DNA from: Candidatus Omnitrophota bacterium
GTDB taxonomy: Bacteria; Omnitrophota; Omnitrophia; Omnitrophales; Aquincolibacteriaceae
Assembly: GCA_016930235.1 (NCBI GenBank)
Contig: JAFGHI010000038.1
Location: 34,211-98,210, forward strand
Length of the DNA stretch: 64,000 nucleotides
Reading direction: 5' to 3'
Made by a program: the position numbers and the translations under genes
Notes under the pieces: model-generated
The model's input: the letters and a program-made list of their open reading frames with translations, nothing else
Database searches by the model: none
Told to the model about the DNA's origin: nothing
Shown: piece by piece, positions 28,439 to 38,112 of the stretch
Layout of the letters: every line of letters begins with the position of its first letter
Numbering within the stretch: the first letter of the stretch is position 1

Positions 28439-28593
28439 CGTTTCCTCTTCTTGCGTTCTTGATCGAGTCGCCGGAGATTCGCATGCATGGCAGGCCGGAT
28501 ATAGCCTGTTAGCATCATCGATAGGTCTACCTCCGACAACCGAAGAGGTCCCCCCTTCATGTTTTTTCTACCGTTAAAAATTCCATTGACCAT
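28429..28593 (-). CDS. Possible small basic protein (54 aa) bridging the two PilZ genes
   Basis: The ORF overlaps the upstream gene end, and its TGA overlaps the ATG of MSKLK (ATGA coupling); no recognisable family. Confidence 0.3.
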   Translation of the reverse strand: MVNGIFNGRKNMKGGPLRLSEVDLSMMLTGYIRPAMHANLRRLDQERKKRKRWP

Positions 28594-29332
28594 TTGTCCC
28601 ACCCGTTTCATTCAAATTAAGAAGATAAATCCATTGATTGAGACACACCATCTCGTTGGGCCCCAATTCATAGAATTCAATACCGATGCCGCCTAGATCA
28701 CCGTCGTAGCGAATCATTTTCCCTTTCAAGGCAATCGACTCCATCGGTGAAAAAAATAGATTCATGTGCAATAGTTTCAAATCATAGGGGTTGAGATTCT
28801 CAATCAATAACCGCTCTGATCCTGATTCGATAAATCGCGCATAAAGACCCGTCTCGCTAAGATTCGTTACAACCCCAAAAAAGAATAACTCTTTACTGTC
28901 ATCCATTTCACAATGAAAGTGAAGTGGCAATACAAGAGGAAGCCTGTCAGCCTTTCGCTTCTCGTCAAATCCTTTTCCTTTATTGTCCAGGGCCATTTCT
29001 CTTGCAAAGAAGAACGTAGCATCGTCTTCATCCTGAAAGATCGATAACCTCTTTCGGACGGAGAAATCTTCAAGGACCGCCATCACTGCCGGATCTTTGG
29101 CAATCACAGCGCTCTTAGGAACTTTTTCCATAGACCGGATAATTGATTGGGCCATTCGGTGACTCAAATCATTAACTGATTGCGTGTGGAAAAGAAGGGC
29201 TTTTGTGCCCTTCTCTCCACAAAGGTGATCAATCTTCCCTGCCACGGCAGATCCCTTTTCTCCCTGGGTGTCCGATATCAGCTCAAGGATTTTGACATCC
29301 CCGATATTCTTTTTAATAACTTTTATATTCAT
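28574..29332 (-). CDS. STAS-like + PilZ domain protein (paralog)
   Basis: RKADR and NLSETG PilZ motifs; N-terminus IGDVKILEL resembles the neighbour's IGTVKVFDL; start trimmed to MNIKV (GAGG SD). Confidence 0.78.
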   Translation of the reverse strand: MNIKVIKKNIGDVKILELISDTQGEKGSAVAGKIDHLCGEKGTKALLFHTQSVNDLSHRMAQSIIRSMEKVPKSAVIAKDPAVMAVLEDFSVRKRLSIFQDEDDATFFFAREMALDNKGKGFDEKRKADRLPLVLPLHFHCEMDDSKELFFFGVVTNLSETGLYARFIESGSERLLIENLNPYDLKLLHMNLFFSPMESIALKGKMIRYDGDLGGIGIEFYELGPNEMVCLNQWIYLLNLNETGGTNGQWNF

Positions 29333-29570
29333 CTTGCCTCTGTAAGCAAAGATACACCACAATATAAGGAAAGTCCAATCAACAAGGCATTATTTTTATC
29401 TCCTATGATTATAATATGTTAGAAATTACTAAGAACGTTATATTAGTTATATTATAGATCAATTTCTAGCATTATAAATCATTTAATAACATATTGTGGT
29501 GCATTTTGCTATGTTTTGTTATACGAACCGATATTTCCAGCTGATGGGTTTTATTCGGAAGGCACGCAAA

Positions 29571-30953
29571 CTAACTTCTTTTCCCTAAGCGCTCTTGGAG
29601 TGTCTTTTCAAAACCGCTATCTTTAGGTAGGTAATACCTTTTTTTTCTGCTCCAGTATTGCTGGGCAGCCGCCTTATTGGGATCCTTGGCATCATGAGTA
29701 TAAATATAACCTTCTCCGTGCCCCATGCGTTTTGCACCGGAATAGCTTCTGTCTCGAAGATGGTTTGGCACTTCTTCGGATTTTTTCTTCTCGATATCGT
29801 CTAACGCCTCGCTGATGGCCTGGTAACTGGCATTACTTTTCGGCGCCATCGCCATATAAGTAACCAACTGCGCCAGGATAATCCTCCCCTCAGGCATTCC
29901 CACAAATTCAATAGCTTGCATCCCTGCGGAAGCTAAAATCAACGCCTGGGGATCAGCATTGCCAATATCCTCACTGGCCAGGATCAAAATTCGTCGAACA
30001 ATAAATCTTGGATCCTCACCCGCATAAAGCATTTTAGCCAGCCAATAAATCGACGCATCGGGGTCAGACCCTCGCATGCTTTTAATGAAGGCACTTGCGG
30101 TATCATAATGATAATCTTCATTCGCATCATAATAGACGACTCTCCTCTGACACGATTCCGCAGCAACCTGTATATCAAATCGAACAACACCCTCCGAATC
30201 CGGTTGTGTCGTCAGGACCCCCAACTCCAATGCATTTAAAGCACGACGGGCATCACCTGAGGCAGATTTGGCCATATGTTCAAGCGCTTCTTTTGTGATA
30301 TCTATCTTCAATTGTCCCAATCCCCTTTCAGGATCCTTGAGGGCCTTTTCCATAATCTGAACAAGGTCTTTTTCTTCAAGCGGACGCAGCTCAAAAATAG
30401 TGGAACGGGACAGCAAAGGCCCATTGATCGAAAAAGAAGGATTATGCGTTGTTGCCCCGACCAGGACAATATGGCCCCTTTCGACGTCGGGCATCAGCAC
30501 GTCCTGTTGAGCCTTATTGAATCGATGGATCTCATCAATAAAAAGAATGCTCCGTTTCCCCTGCAAACGCTTCAATTGATGGGCCTCATGAATGACCTTG
30601 CGGATTTCAGCAACATTGGATGTTACAGCGTTTAATCGTACAAAATGGGATTGGGTGACGCGTGAAATAATCTGCGCCAGCGTGGTTTTTCCGCTCCCCG
30701 GCGGGCCATAAAAAATCATCGAAGTCCACCGGTCAGACTGGATAGTTCGCCTAAGAAGCTTTCCTTCAGCAAGGAGGTGCTTCTGGCCTACAATTTCCTC
30801 TAAGTTCCTCGGCCGCATTCGAACAGCCAGCGGGGCTTGGCTGGACTTCTCATCCTCATGCGGAGCCATAGTCTCTCCCTGAAAAGATTCAAATAATTCT
30901 GACGTCTTTTCTGGAGTCAATCTCTTTTGTCCGAGCCCTTTGGTGTGTTTCAC
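29571..30953 (-). CDS. rarA: Replication-associated recombination AAA+ ATPase RarA/MgsA
   Basis: PLAVRMRP, GPPGSGKT, DEIHRFNKAQQD, SAFIKSMRGSDPDA and ASEDIGNADP. Confidence 0.95.
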   Translation of the reverse strand: MKHTKGLGQKRLTPEKTSELFESFQGETMAPHEDEKSSQAPLAVRMRPRNLEEIVGQKHLLAEGKLLRRTIQSDRWTSMIFYGPPGSGKTTLAQIISRVTQSHFVRLNAVTSNVAEIRKVIHEAHQLKRLQGKRSILFIDEIHRFNKAQQDVLMPDVERGHIVLVGATTHNPSFSINGPLLSRSTIFELRPLEEKDLVQIMEKALKDPERGLGQLKIDITKEALEHMAKSASGDARRALNALELGVLTTQPDSEGVVRFDIQVAAESCQRRVVYYDANEDYHYDTASAFIKSMRGSDPDASIYWLAKMLYAGEDPRFIVRRILILASEDIGNADPQALILASAGMQAIEFVGMPEGRIILAQLVTYMAMAPKSNASYQAISEALDDIEKKKSEEVPNHLRDRSYSGAKRMGHGEGYIYTHDAKDPNKAAAQQYWSRKKRYYLPKDSGFEKTLQERLGKRS

Positions 30954-31002
30954 TACTATTTCGTCAACCTTCCTATGAGAAGGCCATTGCGAGAGGGAAA
31001 AA

Positions 31003-33069
31003 CTAGGATTTACCGTCTTGAAAAGTCGCTTGAAACTTATTGACGATCTTCTCGGCGATCCCCATATGCAGTTCTTGAATTTCCTCAGAGATCAAGGTAC
31101 GTTCCGGCGATTGATAGGTTACCCGATAAGCCAAGTTCTTGCATCCCTTGGGCACCCTTCCTCCCCGGAAGAGATCAAAAAGTTCCACGCGGCAAATCAA
31201 TCCTTGGCCATGCGACCAGATTTCACTTTCGATGTCTCCGGATTTACATGTTTCCCGGACGGTGATCGAAAAATCCCTTTCGATTGCCGGGTAACGCGGC
31301 AATTCTTTAACGGGACGAATCCATCGTACAAATTTAAAGATTCTTTCCAAGGACAACTCCGCCACAAAAACAGGGCGATCAAGATCCCAAAGGTTCCTTA
31401 TCTTCTCATTAATTTCTCCCAAAAAACCTATTTTTCCCCCGTCGATCAAAACCTGTTCAGCCATCGAATCTTTCAAGAACGATTTACGTGCCGGAACATA
31501 GGAAATTGGTTCAATTCCCAAGACATTTAAATAAGCCGTTATCATCCCTTTCAAATCATGAAACGTTATTTCCCGTTGGGCATCCAGCCAGCTTTTTTCA
31601 CGCCACGTTCCGCACACAGCCAATCCGAGGGTCTTCTCCTCGCACGGATGATTGGCTCCCTTAGGCACGGCATATAAATTCGCAATCTCATAGATTGCGA
31701 TCCTGCGGGCACCTAGATGATCATTTTTGCGGATGACCGTCAAAAGGCTTGGAGCCATCACCGGCCTCATCCAGCACAATTCCTGATGTTGCGGATTAAT
31801 AATCGATACTGCCTGATTCAAATCCTCTTGGGCATCCAGACCCTGCTCGGAAATCAAACTGAAGGTCACTGTTTCCGAAAACCCATTGCCGGTAAAAAAA
31901 GCCCGGGTCTTTTCCTGGACCTTCAGCCTTGGATTTTCACTTGCATGCAAGGCTTCGCGTGCCGGCAACGTTTCGGGAATCTGGTCATACCCGTAAATCC
32001 TCGCGACTTCTTCAATCAAATCAATAGGACGGCTAAGATCCGAACGAAAAGAAGGGATCTTAACATTCCATTTGTCCTGCGAATCCTTTTTGACATCAAG
32101 ACCGAGCCGTGTCAAGGAAGAGGCCACCTGATGTGACTTCAGTGTCATCCCTAAGCAGCTTTCAATTTGTGCAAGCGACAGATGAATGCGCGATTTTGAA
32201 ACCGTTGGCCTTTGTCCCGCTTTTAAGACTCCGCTAATAAACCGAGGCTTGGCATACTGCTTAATTAAATCAAGCGCCCGTTCCCGACCATAATCAACAC
32301 CTTCCGGGTCGACACCTCTTTCAAAACGATATGAGGATTCGCTCGTAAGTCCGTACCGAAGTGAAGTCTGGCGTACCCATCTCGGATGAAAATAGGCTGA
32401 TTCCAAAATAATGTTACGCGTCCTTTCATTAACTTCCGTATCCAACCCTCCCATCACACCCGCAAGCGCTATGGTTTTCTCACCGTCCGCAATCACTAAA
32501 TCCTGTTGTTTTAAAATGATCGCGGATCCATTTATCGCCGTAAAATTTTCTTCCACTTTAGCGCGGCGTATCTGAATTTCTTTACCCTTGAGGAGATCCG
32601 CATCAAAAGCATGAAGTGGCTGTCCAGTTTCGAGGAGCACATAATTCGTAATATCAACAAGAAGACTGATCGATCTCAATCCGCAAGCCATCAACCTTTC
32701 CTTCATAAATGGCGGCGTCTGGACACCCTCGATTCCTTCGATATAAACACCCGTATAATAGGGGCACCCTTCGGCTTCTTTTAACGATAATTTCCAACCG
32801 GCGGGCATGGCACGATTACTCGGCAATTGGATATCCGGAATATTCAGCGATAAATTCTCGACCGCAGCAATCTCGCGTCCGACCCCAATATGGGACAACC
32901 AATCGGGGCGGTTGGTCGTGACCTCCACCTCAAAGATGGTGTCTTTCAGGTCGTCGATTTTTTCGACCTTCTTCACCTCAAGTCCCGCCATGGTCAGCCG
33001 TTCGGCAATCCGCTCAAGTGGCGGCGTTAGCTTGACAAAATCTTTTAACCACTGTGTGCTGACTTTCAT
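31003..33069 (-). CDS. pheT: Phenylalanyl-tRNA synthetase beta subunit (short form lacking the B2 OB-fold)
   Basis: TNRPD, VDITNYVLLETGQPLHAFD, SSYRFERGVD, DLIEEVARIYGY and a C-terminal FDX-ACB domain. Confidence 0.95.
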   Translation of the reverse strand: MKVSTQWLKDFVKLTPPLERIAERLTMAGLEVKKVEKIDDLKDTIFEVEVTTNRPDWLSHIGVGREIAAVENLSLNIPDIQLPSNRAMPAGWKLSLKEAEGCPYYTGVYIEGIEGVQTPPFMKERLMACGLRSISLLVDITNYVLLETGQPLHAFDADLLKGKEIQIRRAKVEENFTAINGSAIILKQQDLVIADGEKTIALAGVMGGLDTEVNERTRNIILESAYFHPRWVRQTSLRYGLTSESSYRFERGVDPEGVDYGRERALDLIKQYAKPRFISGVLKAGQRPTVSKSRIHLSLAQIESCLGMTLKSHQVASSLTRLGLDVKKDSQDKWNVKIPSFRSDLSRPIDLIEEVARIYGYDQIPETLPAREALHASENPRLKVQEKTRAFFTGNGFSETVTFSLISEQGLDAQEDLNQAVSIINPQHQELCWMRPVMAPSLLTVIRKNDHLGARRIAIYEIANLYAVPKGANHPCEEKTLGLAVCGTWREKSWLDAQREITFHDLKGMITAYLNVLGIEPISYVPARKSFLKDSMAEQVLIDGGKIGFLGEINEKIRNLWDLDRPVFVAELSLERIFKFVRWIRPVKELPRYPAIERDFSITVRETCKSGDIESEIWSHGQGLICRVELFDLFRGGRVPKGCKNLAYRVTYQSPERTLISEEIQELHMGIAEKIVNKFQATFQDGKS

Positions 33070-34043
33070 CGGAATTGCCTCAAAAATCTTAAATCGTTCT
33101 CATAAAATAAACGGATATCGGGAATGCCATGTCGAAGCATCGCAATGCGTTCAACCCCCAAACCAAAGGCAAAACCTTGAACCTTTTTTGAGTCATAGCC
33201 GACCGCGTCAAAAACATTGGGATCCACCATCCCTGCGCCCAAGATTTCAAGCCATCCCTTTTTGCCCCAGCGAATGTCGACTTCAACGCTCGGCTCCGTA
33301 AACGGGAAAAAATGCGGTCGAAACCTGATTTTGGTCTCTTTGCCAAAAAACTCCCGGAAAAATAAATGTAAAACACCCTTTAAATCGCTAAAGGTCGTTT
33401 TGTCATCCACCATCAACCCTTCAATTTGATGAAACATAAACGAATGGCTCGCATCCACTGTGTCGGGACGGTAGACCCTCCCCGGCGCGATGAGGCGCAG
33501 AGGCGGCTTACGATCCTGCATGATGCGAATCTGAACTGTGGAAGTTTGGGATCGAAGAAGCTGTTTACCGGCAGTATAAAAAGTGTCGAAAGAATCCCTG
33601 GACGGATGATCTAGAGGGATATTCAAGGCGGTAAAATTGTGAAACTCCGTTTCAATTTCAGGCCCGTCGACTATTTCGAAACCCAGCTTCTCAAACACTT
33701 TGATGATTTCTAAAATAGTTTCATTAATCGGGTGGAGCGTTCCCACGGACGGAATAATACCGGGCAAGGTTTCATCAAAAGATTCCTTCTCGCCAGATTG
33801 CCCCTCAAAACGGCCTTTTAAATTCTGAACGGACTCTTCAAGAAATTTTTTGAGTTGATTGACTTCGCGGCCGAATTCTTTCTTACCTTCACCCTCCAAC
33901 GTCTTAATCTGCATCATCAACGCTTGGAGTTTTCCCTTGCGGCCTAGGTAGAGAACGCGGAAACCTTCTAAATCCTCCGCCGACTGAATCTGGCCGAGTT
34001 TCTCTTGTGCTTCCCGCTCAATTTCTTTTACGGTTGAAATCAT
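33066..34043 (-). CDS. pheS: Phenylalanyl-tRNA synthetase alpha subunit
   Basis: LRSQTS, FHQIEG, FPFTEPS and GFAFGLGVER. Confidence 0.97.
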   Translation of the reverse strand: MISTVKEIEREAQEKLGQIQSAEDLEGFRVLYLGRKGKLQALMMQIKTLEGEGKKEFGREVNQLKKFLEESVQNLKGRFEGQSGEKESFDETLPGIIPSVGTLHPINETILEIIKVFEKLGFEIVDGPEIETEFHNFTALNIPLDHPSRDSFDTFYTAGKQLLRSQTSTVQIRIMQDRKPPLRLIAPGRVYRPDTVDASHSFMFHQIEGLMVDDKTTFSDLKGVLHLFFREFFGKETKIRFRPHFFPFTEPSVEVDIRWGKKGWLEILGAGMVDPNVFDAVGYDSKKVQGFAFGLGVERIAMLRHGIPDIRLFYENDLRFLRQFR

Positions 34044-34090
34044 GCCACACTCACTACCCTCTTGGCCGCCATTTATGATGGCGTAAAAAA

Positions 34091-34462
34091 CTAGGCTTTC
34101 GTTGTTTTCTTTTCGGATTGACTCACGAGCTTCACAATCTCTTGAAAAGCAGATTCGTCTCGCACTGCAATCTCAGCCAATGATTTGCGGTCAAGCGTTA
34201 CATTCGCGCGCTTTAAGTCCGCCATAAACCGTGAATAGGTCGTATGGGCCCGCCGGCATGCCGCATTGATGCGGGCATTCCATAAACGACGGAACTGCCG
34301 CTTCCTTTGCTTCCTATCGCGGGTTGCAAAAGCCATCGCCCGAATCACTGTTTCTTTGGCCGTCCGGTAGAGCTTTCTCCGTCCGCTAAAAAAACCTTTT
34401 GCCCTTTTGAAAATTTTCTTACGCCGCTGTTTTGACGCTGGCGTATTGGTTACTCTCGGCAT
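34091..34462 (-). CDS. rplT: 50S ribosomal protein L20
   Basis: MPRV, AKGF, RDRKQRKRQFRRLW and LDRKSLAEIA. Confidence 0.97.
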   Translation of the reverse strand: MPRVTNTPASKQRRKKIFKRAKGFFSGRRKLYRTAKETVIRAMAFATRDRKQRKRQFRRLWNARINAACRRAHTTYSRFMADLKRANVTLDRKSLAEIAVRDESAFQEIVKLVSQSEKKTTKA

Positions 34463-34536
34463 ATCTCACTCCTTTTCCTTCCTAATAAATTCGTATTAAA
34501 AACATTCCGCAAAATCACGACCGCGAACAAACCTGT

Positions 34537-34737
34537 CTACCGGTTGTAAGGCAGAAGCATCGCAATATGCTTGCGGTTCGAATCGCCTATTTTCAGACTC
34601 CGTCGTGACTGTCTTTTCTTCTTCGGCGAACGATCCACCATCATATGGCGGCGTAGTGAACGTTTCGCGAGAACTTTTCCCTTCTTGGTAATCCTGAATC
34701 TCTTTTTTACTGCTTTATTCGTTTTCATCTTTGGCAT
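34537..34737 (-). CDS. rpmI: 50S ribosomal protein L35
   Basis: MPKMKTNKAVKKRF; sits between infC and rplT. Confidence 0.96.
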   Translation of the reverse strand: MPKMKTNKAVKKRFRITKKGKVLAKRSLRRHMMVDRSPKKKRQSRRSLKIGDSNRKHIAMLLPYNR

Positions 34738-34848
34738 ATTTATCTTCCTTATTTCGTCATTAATCGATTGCCCGACATTCCTTCCAACCGAGACACAAAT
34801 GGCCCTTTCGGGCCATCCGTAATCTTAACACTTCAACTTCGATGCCCT

Positions 34849-35391
34849 TTATTTCTTCGGCTTGCTTTGCGGCATCAAAAAAAGATGTATGGCATTCCCT
34901 TCAAGACCCTGATTGCGTTCGACAGTTCCCACATCCGAGATATCTTCCAGAAACCGATCGATCAGCTTCTTTCCAATATCAGCATGAGTTATCTCCCGGC
35001 CACGGAAGAATAGAGTCAACTTCACTTTATCTCCCCGTTCAAGGAACTTACGCGCATTTCTTAATTTCGTTTGATAATCGTGCTCCTCGATCTTCGGGGT
35101 CATTTTAACTTCCTTGACCACAATCAGTTTTTGTTTTTTTCTCGATTCCTTCTCCTTCTTGCTAAGCGTATAAAGGTACTTTCCCAAATCCATGATGCGA
35201 CAAACCGGCGGATTCGCTTCCGGCGCAACTTCCACAAGATCCAAACCCGCTTCTTGCGCAAGTCTTAAACCTTCCCGAGGGGTAACAACTCCAACTTGCT
35301 GACCATCACCGCTGATTAACCTGATCTGAGGTACCCTTATTCCCTCGTTAGCTCTCACCTTTTTCGCTAAACTATTTTTATCGTACGCCAA
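34849..35391 (-). CDS. infC: Translation initiation factor IF-3
   Basis: NEGIR, LDLVEVAPEANPPVCRIMD and KVKLTLFFRGRE. Confidence 0.96.
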   Translation of the reverse strand: MAYDKNSLAKKVRANEGIRVPQIRLISGDGQQVGVVTPREGLRLAQEAGLDLVEVAPEANPPVCRIMDLGKYLYTLSKKEKESRKKQKLIVVKEVKMTPKIEEHDYQTKLRNARKFLERGDKVKLTLFFRGREITHADIGKKLIDRFLEDISDVGTVERNQGLEGNAIHLFLMPQSKPKK

Positions 35392-35424
35392 TGAACCTCC
35401 TTTTGCTTCCAGGCAACATCTGCT

Positions 35425-37158
35425 TTATTGTTTACGTTGATCTTCTTCTTGAAGACGCTTGATGATGCTCTCAAGCGGTTGACTGCCTAAATCCTTGCGG
35501 CCCCGCTGGCGCACGGCAACCTGTCCCGATTCAGCTTCCCGGTCACCCACCACAAAAACATAGGGTATCTTCTGTAATTCCGCCTGACGGATCTTATATC
35601 CGATTTTTTCGTTTGAGAAATCCCTCTCCAGTCTCAAGCCTGATTTTTCAATCTCGAGCGCGTATTTCTCTGCCGCCGCCACATGCTTTTCAGAGATCGT
35701 CAATAATCGAACCTGCACGGGCGCCAGCCATAACGGAAATGCCCCCGCATAGTGTTCGATCAAAATTCCGTAGAATCGTTCAATCGATCCGAAGACGGCC
35801 CGATGAACCATGACAGGGCGCTTCTCTTGATTGTCCGGCCCGATATAGCTTAAACCAAAACGTTCGGGCATCTGAAAATCTAATTGAATCGTCCCGCATT
35901 GCCATTCACGGCCGATCGAATCGGTAATTTCAAAATCAATCTTGGGTCCGTAAAAAGCACCGCCGCCTTCATTGACCCCATATTCAATTTTATTATGATC
36001 TAAAGCCGCTTTTAAGCTGGAAATGGCTTTCGTCCAGATCTCGTCACTTCCCATCGATTCTTTGGGTTTTGTGGAAAGCCCGATTTTGATTTCCTGAAAC
36101 CCAAAAGTTCGGTAAATCCTTAAAACTAACGCAATACACTTGGAGATCTCCCCCTCGATTTGATCTTCCGTACAGAAGATGTGAGCGTCATCAATCGTAA
36201 AGGCATTGACCCGGAATAAACCGTGCAAAACACCGGAGCGTTCACGACGGTGCACCATCCCAAGCTCCGCTAACTTCAACGGTAAATCTCGATATGATTT
36301 TTGGGAACTCCGATAAACCAGGGTGCACCCGGGACAGTTCATGGGTTTTACCGCAAAAGTTCCTTCATCGACCTCCGAAAAGAACATGTTCTCTTTATAA
36401 TGATCATAATGGCCGCTTTGTTTCCAAAGATCATCCTTCAGCATCGTTGGCGTGCGAATCTCCAAATACCCCTCCGCCTCATGCTCATCACGCCAATAGC
36501 GGATCAAATTATCGTAGAGGATTCTTCCCTTGGGATGATAAAAAGGCATTCCGGGGGCTTCAATGTGAAAACTGAAAAGGTCTAATTGCTTACCCAGCTT
36601 ACGGTGATCCCTCTTTTTGGCTTCTTCCAGCCTCGTCAAATAGGCATCCAGTTCCTTTTCGGAATAGAAGGCGGTCCCGTAAATCCGCTGCAGCATCTTA
36701 TTATTTTCATTCCCCCGCCAATAAGCTCCCGCAACGGAAAGCAGCTTGACTGCCTTCACATCACTCGTCTTCTCAACGTGATTACCCCGACAAAGATCAA
36801 TAAATGAACCGTGTTGCACCAGGCTGATTTGCTGGTCCGCGAAACTTTCGATCAGTTCCAGCTTATAAGGCTGATTTCTTTCCCGAAAATATGCCGAAGC
36901 TTCTTCGCGCGCCACGAAACGCTGTTCAAACTTATGGCCCTCAGCAATGATTTGCTTCATGCGAGCTTCTATCCTCGCTAAATCCTCATCCGTAAATGCC
37001 TCTTCCCGTTCAAAATCATAATAGAAACCATCCTTGATCGGAGGGCCTATTGCAAAGTTTGTTCCCGGGAAAAGTTCAAGAACGGCATGGGCCAAGATGT
37101 GAGCAGCCGAATGACGAAGGCGATGAAGCGCCTCAGGACTGGACTTAACCATTACCAT
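35425..37158 (-). CDS. thrS: Threonyl-tRNA synthetase (no N-terminal TGS domain)
   Basis: RHSAAH, DLCRG.H, RDHRKLG, KPMNCP, FYGPKID, QCGTIQLDF and HRA. Confidence 0.97.
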   Translation of the reverse strand: MVMVKSSPEALHRLRHSAAHILAHAVLELFPGTNFAIGPPIKDGFYYDFEREEAFTDEDLARIEARMKQIIAEGHKFEQRFVAREEASAYFRERNQPYKLELIESFADQQISLVQHGSFIDLCRGNHVEKTSDVKAVKLLSVAGAYWRGNENNKMLQRIYGTAFYSEKELDAYLTRLEEAKKRDHRKLGKQLDLFSFHIEAPGMPFYHPKGRILYDNLIRYWRDEHEAEGYLEIRTPTMLKDDLWKQSGHYDHYKENMFFSEVDEGTFAVKPMNCPGCTLVYRSSQKSYRDLPLKLAELGMVHRRERSGVLHGLFRVNAFTIDDAHIFCTEDQIEGEISKCIALVLRIYRTFGFQEIKIGLSTKPKESMGSDEIWTKAISSLKAALDHNKIEYGVNEGGGAFYGPKIDFEITDSIGREWQCGTIQLDFQMPERFGLSYIGPDNQEKRPVMVHRAVFGSIERFYGILIEHYAGAFPLWLAPVQVRLLTISEKHVAAAEKYALEIEKSGLRLERDFSNEKIGYKIRQAELQKIPYVFVVGDREAESGQVAVRQRGRKDLGSQPLESIIKRLQEEDQRKQ

Positions 37159-37214
37159 ACTACGAAACGATCCATTTGCATTAAATCTTTCCCACCTAAC
37201 CTTAGTAGCCGCGT

Positions 37215-37243
37215 ATTGTACAATCTCTTCACTCTCGACGCAA
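37215..37243 (-). promoter_or_regulatory. Sigma70-type promoter for the thrS-infC-rpmI-rplT-pheST operon
   Basis: TTGCGT-17 bp-TACAAT about 55 nt upstream of the thrS start. Confidence 0.65.
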
Positions 37244-37339
37244 CCTTTTTCAAGGGGATGAGTTAGAGCAAAGCCCTTAAAGAATTAGATTTCTATTTTA
37301 TCGCGGATGCTTGCGCATATCTCTTCGGTCAGATGGCTA

Positions 37340-37466
37340 TGTATCATGGCACACATAAGGTGTGCAAGTTCGACACATAGGAAACAATCATACATAATTC
37401 GCAAATTACGTATCCCATTGTCATCCATAGTGTTACGAAAACAGAAAAGTTGGCATATTTAATGAA
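37340..37466 (+). promoter_or_regulatory. Possible sigma54-type promoter with upstream activator-like sites for the Hsp20 pair
   Basis: TTGGCA-TATTTA-ATGAA at 37450 (degenerate -12 element); TGT-N10-ACA and TGT-N11-ACA with a GCACAC-N5-GTGTGC palindrome ~90 bp upstream. Confidence 0.3.
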
Positions 37467-37508
37467 TTATTTTGAATTGGATAACAAAAAATTAAGGAGG
37501 AAAAAGCC

Positions 37509-37967
37509 ATGAACCTGATGCGAAGAAACAACAAAAATGAATGGTTAGACCCTTTCAGCTTCCTGACCTCACTGCACGACGACCTTGATCGATTTTTTGC
37601 AGTACCGGTTTTACGATCAAGGGGAGAAATCACTCCGCTCGTCCCGCAGATTGATGTTGAGGAAGATGCCAATAACTACGTTTTGCGTGCCGATATTCCC
37701 GGAATTAAGAAAGAAGAGCTCGATATTTCGGTTCAGGGAAATCGCCTCACACTAAGAGGTGAGCGAAAGCACGAAAGGGAAACCAAAAAGGACAAAAACT
37801 ATTACCACTGCGAAAGATATTATGGGAATTTTGAGCGGACCTTCGAATTCCCTGAAGATATCAATCCAAGCGTTATCAAGGCCAATTACAAAGACGGCGT
37901 TTTGGAAATCGCAGTGCCGAAAAGCGAGGAGAAGAAACCAAAGCAAATTAAGGTCGACATCAATTAA
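37509..37967 (+). CDS. Small heat-shock protein (Hsp20/alpha-crystallin)
   Basis: P.IDV.E, ADIPG, LRGERK, ERYYGNFERTF and ANYKDGVLEI.VPK; AAGGAGG SD. Confidence 0.95.
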   Translation: MNLMRRNNKNEWLDPFSFLTSLHDDLDRFFAVPVLRSRGEITPLVPQIDVEEDANNYVLRADIPGIKKEELDISVQGNRLTLRGERKHERETKKDKNYYHCERYYGNFERTFEFPEDINPSVIKANYKDGVLEIAVPKSEEKKPKQIKVDIN

Positions 37968-38112
37968 ATGAGCATTGGGGATATCTTCTTCGTCGGATTT
38001 GACAAGATCATCAAAATCGATTGTATTATCGAAGATATCCCCGGCTGCATTGAAAAACCCTCGCCCCATCCCCCATCAATGTCCAAAACAGTTTCTCGAT
38101 TGAAAAGGAGGG

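Noticed and set aside
34799-34816. GNRA hairpin between infC and rpmI as an L20 autoregulatory element
   Set aside because: A single short hairpin is not enough evidence; the pairing partner needed for the known L20 structures could not be identified.
37159-37215. T-box riboswitch before thrS
   Set aside because: The leader is only ~50 nt and has no T-box consensus or terminator.
37348-37367. CIRCE (HrcA) operator upstream of Hsp20
   Set aside because: The palindrome GCACAC-N5-GTGTGC does not match TTAGCACTC-N9-GAGTGCTAA in spacing or sequence.
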